The notes under the pieces: model-generated
The model's input: the letters and a program-made list of their open reading frames with translations, nothing else
What the model was told of the DNA's origin: nothing
The model's database searches: none
Made by a program: the position numbers and the translations under genes
In this document: piece after piece, positions 49,010 through 57,538 of the stretch
How the letters are laid out: each line of letters starts with the position of its first letter
How positions within the stretch are numbered: position 1 is the stretch's first letter
Source of the DNA: a virus
Lineage: Duplodnaviria > Caudoviricetes
Reading direction: 5' to 3' (one strand)
Length of the DNA stretch: 64,000 nucleotides
IMG/VR virus record: IMGVR_UViG_3300029928_000003

Positions 49010-49403
49010 ATTATTTTGTAATATATCCTTTAATAAGGAAACTTTTAGTAGTAAGTTTGAAGTAGAAGATAAAATTGATGAAATCAAACAATACATACAA
49101 ACTTGTAAAGATACATTACGGGATTTAGCAATAATGACCGAACCTGAAAAGATGTTTAATAAAACAGAAGATAAACCAATTTATTATTGTGTATCAGATG
49201 AGTTTGAATCTCAATTTAGTCTGCTCCAAGAATATTATGTAGATTTATACAAATTAGAATTACTTTTAGATAATTGGGATAATTGTCATACTAAAGATGG
49301 TTTAGCAATAGATCCTCCAGATAATATTGAATGGGGTACTGCTTATCTTAGCGGAGATTTTATTAAAAGTGTAAAATATCCTAATAGATCTGATAAGTTT
49401 TAA
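48981..49403 (+). CDS. hypothetical protein
   Basis: 140-aa ORF (start probably MGWST). Confidence 0.7.
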   Translation: MNIIMGWSTELFCNISFNKETFSSKFEVEDKIDEIKQYIQTCKDTLRDLAIMTEPEKMFNKTEDKPIYYCVSDEFESQFSLLQEYYVDLYKLELLLDNWDNCHTKDGLAIDPPDNIEWGTAYLSGDFIKSVKYPNRSDKF

Positions 49404-49443
49404 TAGATTATATTGATTTTTACTTTTTAAATATTTTTTAATT

Positions 49444-49650
49444 ATGAACAAGAATTTTGATAATGTAATGGATGTTAATGAAGACGTATTGAATGTAATA
49501 GCTGAGGAAAAGGAATTTGCCACCAGAGTAATGGATTATCCTTCTGATTATGAACCAGAATGTGATGAAAATGGGCTTGATGCTTATCTGGCAGATAAAG
49601 CATACGAAGCAGAATTTATAGATTCTTCTGATAATGATATAGACTTCTAA
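49444..49650 (+). CDS. highly acidic small protein
   Basis: 68 aa, very D/E rich. Confidence 0.7.
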   Translation: MNKNFDNVMDVNEDVLNVIAEEKEFATRVMDYPSDYEPECDENGLDAYLADKAYEAEFIDSSDNDIDF

Positions 49651-51273
49651 ATGAAATTAAATTCTACAAAAATGGGTATTTGGTTTACTTCAGATACCCA
49701 TTTTTATCATAAAAACATTATTAAGTTTACTAATAGACCTTGGAATACAGTAGAAGAAATGAATAATGCATTAATTAACAATTGGAATGAAGTTGTTAAA
49801 CCTAATGATACTGTATTTCATTTAGGAGACTTTGCTTTTACTTCTAATGGTAATTGGAAAAAACTTATTAATGAATTAAATGGAAAAATCTATCTTATAT
49901 TAGGAAATCATAAAATTTACGAATTTTAACAAGGAAACCTGAGGAAACCTAATTATATTTGCGCTGTAATAAATTTATTATTTTATGAGACAGCACAAAT
50001 TAAACATTGATTATTTTAATGAGATTAATTCTCATGAGAAGGCGTATGTATTAGGTTTCTTATATGCAGATGGATCAAATAGGGGAGATGGTATAATATT
50101 TTCACAGAATGTTGAAAGAATAGATATTCTTGAGAAGATAAAGAAGGCTTTAGATTCTGAAGCTCCTATTAGAGAACGAGTTTCAGGACTTTTTGTTCTT
50201 GAACTGTTTAGCAAAAAAAATGGTTAAGGACGTTGAACGGCTAGGTGTTGTTAGAAACAAGTTCCTAATATTACAATTTCCAACTAAAGAGTTGGTTCCA
50301 GAGGAGTTTATGTCTTCTTTTATTCTCGGATATTTTGACGGAGATGGATGCATTTGGAACGGTAAGAGAAAGAAAATGATAGTTAAAGATTCTTCACGCA
50401 AAGAAGGATTTAGAGAAAGGATAGTACATAATGTAAAATTTACTTTTACTGGATGTGTATCCTTTATTGCTCCTCTACAAGAGTATTTGGTTAAGGTAGG
50501 TATAGTAAAGAGAAAAACTAAATTAAACTACTCCAAAGCAAAGAATCCAAATAATTCTACTTGTGACAAAGTGTGTACTATGGAGTACTCTGGCAGAGGA
50601 CAGATAAAGAATCTCTATGAGTATATGTATTCAAAAGCCCCTATTTGGTGCAATGAAAAGAAGTTAAAATTTGAAAAAATATTTTGTGCTTCAGATGAGA
50701 AATCACCTGTAGAAACTGTGTTAACTGAGGAAACGGCTGAGAGGCTAATCCTCAACCAAGCCTCTAATGTGGAGGAAGGCTCATCGACTATCCCTGAGAT
50801 GGGAGTAGGACCAAGTGGCCCGAAATACACAGCCCCTAACGAGCAAAGTCAAGGGTGTGAGATAGTCAGTTCTCATATGAATAAGGAAGTATGAGCTATG
50901 GGTATGAAATACCCTATCGGTACTAGTCTAACGAACTAGTATAAACACCAAGGACGAATTACATAGTCCAGGTAAATATGTATTAGATTTATTTGAAGGG
51001 GTATACAATCAATTGTTAATTAAAATTGATAATAGAAAAGTATATTTAAATCATTATCCTTTTCTTTGTTATGCTGGAACATATAGAGGTAAAGATTATA
51101 ATACAATACAATTATTTGGACATGTACATAGTAATAAAGAAAATACTCATGGTAAAGATAAAGATAGATTAAAATATTTATTTCCTACTCAATATGATGT
51201 AGGAGTAGATAATAATAATTATTATCCAGTATCTTGGAATCAAATATTAGAAATTATAAATAAATATGGCTAA
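49651..51273 (+). CDS. calcineurin-like phosphoesterase, 2 exons: 49651-49911 and 50953-51273
   Basis: SDTHF, HLGDF, GNH|D restored by splicing, LNHYP, FGHVH, DVGVD. Confidence 0.9.
49912..50952 (+). mobile_element. group I intron 3
   Basis: CAU|...G boundaries; P7 GACTAT/ATAGTC; TGTG/CACA P3. Confidence 0.88.
49985..50894 (+). pseudogene. LAGLIDADG homing endonuclease split by an extra A in the A8 run at 50213-50220
   Basis: AYVLGFLYADGS in ORF1 and SFILGYFDGDGC in ORF2; removing one A fuses them (~302 aa). Confidence 0.85.
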
Positions 51274-51565
51274 CGTTTGTAATAATACACTTAAAGTATA
51301 TTCTGATAATGAAAAGAATTTAGATTATGTATGTAAATTCTTTGATAATCCAAATATCAATTCAATTAGAGAGTGGATAGATAATAACGAAATAGAATTT
51401 TATTTTGATTCAAAATGGATATTTCCAGAAGAATTAATGAATAAATTATATGAAGGATTACCAGATAAAAGTGATATTGATATGACCTGTTTATCAGTAG
51501 AACAAACTAATTTATATTGTGAATTTCATACTTGTGATGAAGAAGGTTGGCATTCAATAAGGTAA
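51266..51565 (+). CDS. YubB/DUF1281 ferredoxin-like-fold protein
   Basis: MANVCNNTL...FDSKW pattern. Confidence 0.6.
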   Translation: MANVCNNTLKVYSDNEKNLDYVCKFFDNPNINSIREWIDNNEIEFYFDSKWIFPEELMNKLYEGLPDKSDIDMTCLSVEQTNLYCEFHTCDEEGWHSIR

Positions 51566-51568
51566 TTT

Positions 51569-51811
51569 ATGAAAATAGTTTATAGTACTGGTTGCATTTC
51601 AGAAGGAATTACAATTGATAATAAAAATTATAATTCTTATTCTAAAGAGGAAATAAAAAAGATTCTTCATAAAATGTTAGATAAGGTAGATAATATCGCA
51701 GACTTACAAGAAATTATGAGTAATCTATGTGAGATAGTAGGTTATTGTAAAGATCTTGGGCAATGCGAACAATGCGGAGATTGGGTGTATGATTATACTG
51801 TAGAATTATGA
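51569..51811 (+). CDS. hypothetical protein with CxxC
   Basis: QCEQCGD. Confidence 0.7.
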   Translation: MKIVYSTGCISEGITIDNKNYNSYSKEEIKKILHKMLDKVDNIADLQEIMSNLCEIVGYCKDLGQCEQCGDWVYDYTVEL

Positions 51812-52002
51812 AAAAAATATTATTATTAAGTTTACTTGGATTATGTAGTTGTGATATAATGCTTACAGAAGAACCTATAACTGTAAGATATTATCCACAA
51901 CCATATTATTATATTCCAGCTAAACCAATTCATCATCCTCCTAGGGTTTATCCATTAGATCCTCCAGGAAGATATTATCATTCTAAACCTCATAGACGAT
52001 GA
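51808..52002 (+). CDS. small Pro/His-rich putative lipoprotein
   Basis: MKKILLLSLLGLCSC signal and lipobox. Confidence 0.7.
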   Translation: MKKILLLSLLGLCSCDIMLTEEPITVRYYPQPYYYIPAKPIHHPPRVYPLDPPGRYYHSKPHRR

Positions 52003-52460
52003 TTGATATTAATAAACTTATTAGGGAAGCAATGAAATCTAATGATAGAGATGCATTGCGAACTTATCAAAACTTAAAAGCAGAAATACAATTAGTAAAA
52101 ACTGCTAAAAATGCTAAAGAATATACAGAAGCTGTTGAGATACAACTGTTGAGTAAAATGTGTAAAAAATTAGAAGATGCAATTATAAGCTTCTCAGACG
52201 CTGGTAGAGACGATTTAGTTTCTTCTTATACAATTGAATTACATATACTACAAAAGCTGCTTCCTAAGCCTGTATCAGAGTCAGAGATATGTTCTGCTAT
52301 TATATTATGGTGTGCTAAAAATGGGTATTGTGATGGTGTTACTGCTGATTGTTCAATCCCAAAAAAGGAAATGGGAATAACTATAAAAGCCATTAAAGAT
52401 AAATATCCTAATGCCGATGGTAAATTAATTGCTAAAATTGTAAAATCCTATGTTGTATAA
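51999..52460 (+). CDS. GatB/YqeY domain protein
   Basis: AMKS, AGRDDL, LLPK, KEMG, ADGKLIAKIVK. Confidence 0.88.
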   Translation: MIDINKLIREAMKSNDRDALRTYQNLKAEIQLVKTAKNAKEYTEAVEIQLLSKMCKKLEDAIISFSDAGRDDLVSSYTIELHILQKLLPKPVSESEICSAIILWCAKNGYCDGVTADCSIPKKEMGITIKAIKDKYPNADGKLIAKIVKSYVV

Positions 52461-52932
52461 ATTTATATCTGAAGAACCTTTTTATTATTATGGTTCAAAG
52501 TTTGCTGAAAAGGGGAATATTTTAGAAACAAAAGGTAGAGATACAATTATTAATTTAGATACAGGTTGTAAAATAGAAGGACTCGATGAAGTCATTGGAC
52601 AACTTGTAGACAGTTGTGAATTTTATCCAGAAGATATACATTCAATAGTAAGTAAATCGGGTGAAACTACAGCTACAATAGACAATGTTAATCATCCTAA
52701 ACATTACACATGGTTAAAAGATAAGTGTGGAATTGAGGTAATTGATATAGTAAGACACATGAACTTCAATTTAGGACAAATATTAAAATATATTCTAAGA
52801 TTAGGGCATAAAAATGATAATAACTTTAGTAACTATGAGAAGATATTATCTGATTTGCATAAAGCTGAGTATTATTTAAAAATGGAAATTAATAGGGTAG
52901 ATAAATTATGCAAGAACAATGGAAATCATTGA
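52450..52932 (+). CDS. DUF3310 protein (T7 gp1.7-like nucleotide kinase family)
   Basis: DNVNHPKHY, IEVID, FNLG..LKY..R, DL.KA.YYL. Confidence 0.85.
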   Translation: MLYKFISEEPFYYYGSKFAEKGNILETKGRDTIINLDTGCKIEGLDEVIGQLVDSCEFYPEDIHSIVSKSGETTATIDNVNHPKHYTWLKDKCGIEVIDIVRHMNFNLGQILKYILRLGHKNDNNFSNYEKILSDLHKAEYYLKMEINRVDKLCKNNGNH

Positions 52933-53669
52933 GTAAATACAAGGGTTTAATAGAAGTTAGTACTCTTGGTAGAGTTAGAAGATTACATGGAAAATCAGAT
53001 ATATTAAAACCTAAACTGGATAAAAGAGGATACTTATGTGTTCATATACGAATATCTAAATTGGGGATAAATAAAATGGTTAAAATACACAGGTTAGTAG
53101 CCGAAGCTTTTATACCTAATCCAAATAATTTACCTATTGTAAATCATAAAAATGAAATAAAAACAGATAATAGAGTAGGAAATCTTGAATGGTGTACCCA
53201 TAAATATAATGTAAATTATGGAACAGGATTAAAAAGAAGAGCTTATAATTCTAGAAATCAAGTACACAGAAGTTGTCCTATATTACAATATTCATTAAAT
53301 GGAGAGTTTATACAAGAGTTTCCTTCATTTAAGGAAGTACAAAGGTATTTAGGTAAATCATATAGTAATGTTTGGAATGTATGCAATGGTAGGGGGATTA
53401 GTGCTTATGGATATAAATGGAGTTATAAATACATAGAAGGTAAAAAAATAGAAATTCCTAATTCCTATACTTGGTTTAAAAAGAATTATGGTTTAGATTT
53501 ATCAATAATTTTACAAGACTTATCATTTGATATAGCTTGTGCCATTAAGTATATTCTTAGGTCAGGCCATAAGTCTGAGCAAGATGTACCTGATAAAGCT
53601 AAAGAAATCGAAGATCTTAAGAAAGCTATTTGGTATATTAATGATAGAATTAAAGAACTAGAACAGTGA
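52908..53669 (+). CDS. NUMOD4-HNH-NUMOD1 homing endonuclease fused to a second DUF3310-like domain
   Basis: EVSTLGRVR, HRLVAEAF, VNHKN..KTDN...NLEW, AYGYKW; then AIKYILRSGHK...EDLKKAIWYI. Confidence 0.88.
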   Translation: MQEQWKSLSKYKGLIEVSTLGRVRRLHGKSDILKPKLDKRGYLCVHIRISKLGINKMVKIHRLVAEAFIPNPNNLPIVNHKNEIKTDNRVGNLEWCTHKYNVNYGTGLKRRAYNSRNQVHRSCPILQYSLNGEFIQEFPSFKEVQRYLGKSYSNVWNVCNGRGISAYGYKWSYKYIEGKKIEIPNSYTWFKKNYGLDLSIILQDLSFDIACAIKYILRSGHKSEQDVPDKAKEIEDLKKAIWYINDRIKELEQ

Positions 53670-53926
53670 AAGATATTATTATTAAAGGAAGATATAATAC
53701 AGAACATTTATTAAAGTATATAGAAGATAATTTATATAGTTTAGAAAATTGTTTATATTTTAGAACTATATTAGATAATGATAATAATATTATTGCAGTA
53801 GATCCAGATAGCGGACCATTTATGCAAGTAGGTGATAATATATCTAACTTTATAGAAAATTCTACAGATAAAATTATAGAATCAATAGAATATAAAAATA
53901 AGAAAACTTTAATCAAATTAAAATAA
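53666..53926 (+). CDS. hypothetical protein
   Basis: VDPDSGPFMQVGD. Confidence 0.7.
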   Translation: MKDIIIKGRYNTEHLLKYIEDNLYSLENCLYFRTILDNDNNIIAVDPDSGPFMQVGDNISNFIENSTDKIIESIEYKNKKTLIKLK

Positions 53927-53928
53927 TT

Positions 53929-54279
53929 ATGGACAATGGTTATCCTATGGGTGCTGAATTTGATCCAAATGCACCTTATAATCAAGAAGTAAACGAACCG
54001 AAAACAATTAATGTAGTTATTGATTTATGTATTAGTAAATCAGTACCTATTGAAGTTACTGATTATACTGTAGATGAAGATGGTAATCCTGATTTTTATT
54101 CTTGTGATTTATATGATGCAGTAAGTAATCAGATATATCTTCCTACGGAATTATCTGAAACAATTACCAAGTCTCTTGATTCAGTAAAAGATTTAAAAGA
54201 ATTTAAGCACTATAATAAGAACGCTCTTATAGATGGATCAGATTGGGATATTGATGACTATACAATTACAGTAGAATGA
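53929..54279 (+). CDS. acidic phage protein
   Basis: YPMGAEFDPNAPYNQ. Confidence 0.75.
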   Translation: MDNGYPMGAEFDPNAPYNQEVNEPKTINVVIDLCISKSVPIEVTDYTVDEDGNPDFYSCDLYDAVSNQIYLPTELSETITKSLDSVKDLKEFKHYNKNALIDGSDWDIDDYTITVE

Positions 54280-54533
54280 AATTAATTAAATTTGGTGCGG
54301 ATTGGTGTAATCCTTGTAAAATACAAAATTCAGAATTTGAAAAGAATCCTCCTAAAGTAGAACTACAAATAGTAGATGTTGATGAAGATACCGATGATCT
54401 AGCTTCTAAATATCATGTAAGAAATATTCCAGTTATTGTTCTATTAGATAATGATAAAGAAATACATCGTTGGACAGGATTTACTAAAACATATCAGATA
54501 AATGATTATATTGATAATTTAAAGAAACAATGA
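54276..54533 (+). CDS. thioredoxin
   Basis: ADWCNPCK, VRNIP. Confidence 0.92.
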   Translation: MKLIKFGADWCNPCKIQNSEFEKNPPKVELQIVDVDEDTDDLASKYHVRNIPVIVLLDNDKEIHRWTGFTKTYQINDYIDNLKKQ

Positions 54534-55354
54534 AATTAATAAATCAATCTGTAAAGCAACTTAATCAAGAACTTACTATAGAAGGGGCTATGAAGGCGGC
54601 TGAATATGCTGGAAGAGTATGCTATAATTCCACAGATAAGATTACTGAAGATAGCTATAAAGGATTTATTAAAGGATTAGTAGCTAGAGGACACATGAGT
54701 CCTCTAGCTCATGGTATTATTTATTTTGATTTTCCTAAGGACTTTAATAATACTTATCTAACTATATTAAAGCATAATAATTTTAGTTATACTATTAGTT
54801 CTAAAACTAGGGTATTTGTAGCTACTAATCTACGAGTATTGTATGAAAATTTTAATCAGAAAGAAATAAATACAATGCTCCCATATATTACTAATGATGA
54901 TAAGGGAATTAAATATAGTTCATTTGAAGTCATTACTTCTATAGGAGTAAGTAGAGAATTAAATAGGCATGCAGTTTCTTTAGCTATATGTGAACAATCT
55001 ACTAGATTCTGTAATTTTAGTAAAGATAAATTTAATAGAGAGATTACTTTTATAAAACCAGAATGGTACTATAAGTGTAAGGATTATGTACAAAAAGAAT
55101 TTGTTTCTACTTTAGGTCTTCTCGAAACTAATTATATGAACTGGTTAAACCTTGGATTAAAACCAGAACAAGCTAGAGCAATATTACCTTTAGAAACCGC
55201 AACAAGAGTTATATATACGGGTTTAAATATAGATTGGTTACATGTATTACTTCTTAGAAGTTCTAATATGGGGGCTAAAAATGTACACCCAGAATGTGCC
55301 GAGATAGCCAATTTGATTGCAAATAAATTTGATTTTAATATAAAAGACGTATGA
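54530..55354 (+). CDS. thyX: flavin-dependent thymidylate synthase
   Basis: AGRVCYNS, GHMSPLAH, SRELNRH...EQSTRF, EQARAILP. Confidence 0.9.
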   Translation: MKLINQSVKQLNQELTIEGAMKAAEYAGRVCYNSTDKITEDSYKGFIKGLVARGHMSPLAHGIIYFDFPKDFNNTYLTILKHNNFSYTISSKTRVFVATNLRVLYENFNQKEINTMLPYITNDDKGIKYSSFEVITSIGVSRELNRHAVSLAICEQSTRFCNFSKDKFNREITFIKPEWYYKCKDYVQKEFVSTLGLLETNYMNWLNLGLKPEQARAILPLETATRVIYTGLNIDWLHVLLLRSSNMGAKNVHPECAEIANLIANKFDFNIKDV

Positions 55355-55563
55355 TAGTTCTTTGGTTTATTGCTGGAAGTATTCAGATTGCTCTTATTAT
55401 AATGTTTATTAATATGACTCTTAATATTGGTAATATTAATCAAGTATTAATGAAAATATCTAAATCTGTATGTAAAGAAGAAAAAGCCGATATTGTAAAA
55501 GATAACAAAATACAATCTACGACAAATACTGTGAAAGAAGATAGTATACTACTGTGGCATTAA
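55351..55563 (+). CDS. small membrane protein
   Basis: N-terminal TM helix. Confidence 0.55.
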   Translation: MIVLWFIAGSIQIALIIMFINMTLNIGNINQVLMKISKSVCKEEKADIVKDNKIQSTTNTVKEDSILLWH

Positions 55564-55730
55564 TTATTAGTTATGGATAATAAAAAATTTAAAAATATAG
55601 TTTTTATCTGGTTATTAGTACTCACATTGTTTATAGTAGGAATGATAATGTGTTTTGGAGATATATATTCTAGATTTAAAGTATTAGATGAGGTATTTAA
55701 AACAATTCAAAACTCCTTAGCTTATTAATT

Positions 55731-55916
55731 ATGAAAGAAAATCAAGTAAGTACATTGGAGAAAGTTTTATCTTTCTTATTTCCTATTATAGGTATTATTC
55801 TATATTTTATTAATAAAAATAATGTAAAAGATAGTTCAGAATATCTTAAGTGGTCAGGAATAGGATTTTTAATCGGTGTAATTTGTCAATTAATATTAAT
55901 ATCAGTTATAAGTTAA
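55731..55916 (+). CDS. two-TM small membrane protein
   Basis: LSFLFPIIGIILYF. Confidence 0.75.
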   Translation: MKENQVSTLEKVLSFLFPIIGIILYFINKNNVKDSSEYLKWSGIGFLIGVICQLILISVIS

Positions 55917-56299
55917 TGAAGAAATTATTATTTATTTTAATAGCTTTAATTGGATTTAGTACTTCTATTTATGCAGGTACTTATGCCACTACTTTTAAAA
56001 GTGATTCAGTAGGAATTTGTTATTATATGGAATATGAGGATGCGTATGATCAATGGTGGGCAGTTGCTTGGAAGAATTCAGATACGGTTCTTATTGAAGG
56101 GACTGACTTGCTTTTTAATAAACAATACACTATTGAAATAGTATCACGTACTTATAAATCTTATATCCGCTCTATTGCAATTTGGGGTAAAAAACATCCG
56201 AATGCAACACATTTTCCCGATAGATATGTAGAAAAAATTATGTATTTCTGTAAATTAGTGAGTTGTAGAAAATTATCGAATCTTTCTAATGATTATTAA
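55916..56299 (+). CDS. secreted hypothetical protein
   Basis: MKKLLFILIALIGFSTSIYA signal peptide; TAATG coupling. Confidence 0.7.
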   Translation: MKKLLFILIALIGFSTSIYAGTYATTFKSDSVGICYYMEYEDAYDQWWAVAWKNSDTVLIEGTDLLFNKQYTIEIVSRTYKSYIRSIAIWGKKHPNATHFPDRYVEKIMYFCKLVSCRKLSNLSNDY

Positions 56300-56427
56300 T
56301 AATTATGATATATGAAACTATTGGTGTAATTATAATAGGTATTATAATTATTTATATTTTAGCTTGGTTATTCGGAGCAACTGAATGATTATACTATTAA
56401 GAACTTTGGTATGTATACTTATACTTT

Positions 56428-56964
56428 ATGTATTTGTATACATACCTTTATTTATATTTTATTATGCAGACGACAAAATTTACACAGAACGATATAAACG
56501 AAGGAATAGAAAATCTTAAAGTAGGAATTTGTAATATAATTAATTCTTTAGCAAATAATAAAATATCTGAATTTACTTTAGAATTTCCATTTCCTACTAC
56601 AGTAATGTATGAAATGATAATTAAATTTACTAATGGAGTTAAAGTAATTGATTATAATGCAGTAACAATTAAATTAAGAATACATAATTCTGTTAATATT
56701 TTAATTACTAAAGTTGGAAATAAGTATCATTTTGAATCTAATTTAATTAATCCTATTAAAGATAATCGAATAGTTAGTGATAAAACGTTTGCTACAAGAT
56801 TAATTAGATTTCTAGAACAAGTTGAAGTTCAAGATATGATGAGCGAGGAAGAACAAAAATATCTACTTTCTGTAGCTAATAAATTAAGAAATTATCAATA
56901 CTTAACTAGAACAGAAGAAGAAGATGTTTATTTTAAGAATATAAGATTTCCTAATAAAAATTAA
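56428..56964 (+). CDS. hypothetical protein
   Basis: 178-aa ORF (start probably 56464). Confidence 0.65.
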   Translation: MYLYTYLYLYFIMQTTKFTQNDINEGIENLKVGICNIINSLANNKISEFTLEFPFPTTVMYEMIIKFTNGVKVIDYNAVTIKLRIHNSVNILITKVGNKYHFESNLINPIKDNRIVSDKTFATRLIRFLEQVEVQDMMSEEEQKYLLSVANKLRNYQYLTRTEEEDVYFKNIRFPNKN

Positions 56965-57081
56965 GATATAATCTAATTTATATAATCTGATTCTTTCTAC
57001 TCTGATATATTAATTTGTAAAATTGATATTTAATTAGTAAATTTATATTTTCGTACTGCGCATAATTAAGAAAGGACAAAT

Positions 57082-57486
57082 ATGAAAACATTTTTCAAAA
57101 TGCTAACAATTTTAATTGTTGCGCTCATTTTTAGTAATGCACAAGCACAAACAGCAAATCCTAGAGCTACTTATTATTATTGTGGTTCACACGGAATGGG
57201 TTGGAGTGTAGCAGGAGGTGAACGACTAACTCCTCAAAAAGCAAAAGTCGTTAGATACATTGCAGTATCAAGAGATTTAGAAAGAAAAGGATTTAAATTG
57301 GGAATGTACGTAAAGGTTACAAGTGAACACTATCCACATCTAAATGGAGTATGGAAAATCATGGATAGAATGTCTAGTAGAATGCACAATTGTATTGACT
57401 TCCTATTACAGAATAAGGGAGATAGAAAGAAAATGAAAATGCCTAGACATGTAAAAATTGAATTATTAACCAGTAGTACGAAATAA
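57082..57486 (+). CDS. secreted 3D-domain (MltA-like) protein
   Basis: Signal peptide; ATYY, IAVSRD, MDRM, IDFL. Confidence 0.75.
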   Translation: MKTFFKMLTILIVALIFSNAQAQTANPRATYYYCGSHGMGWSVAGGERLTPQKAKVVRYIAVSRDLERKGFKLGMYVKVTSEHYPHLNGVWKIMDRMSSRMHNCIDFLLQNKGDRKKMKMPRHVKIELLTSSTK

Positions 57487-57490
57487 ACAT

Positions 57491-57538
57491 AATAAGGGGA
57501 AGAATAGCTGCTATAGCTATCCTTCCCCTTATTTTTTT
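57491..57538. terminator. bidirectional terminator between convergent gene blocks
   Basis: AATAAGGGGAAG...CTTCCCCTTATT followed by T tract. Confidence 0.85.

Noticed and set aside
975-55443. Short minus-strand ORFs in the track (e.g. 975, 11681, 24877, 29780, 53650, 55132)
   Set aside because: They overlap well-supported plus-strand genes and carry no motifs
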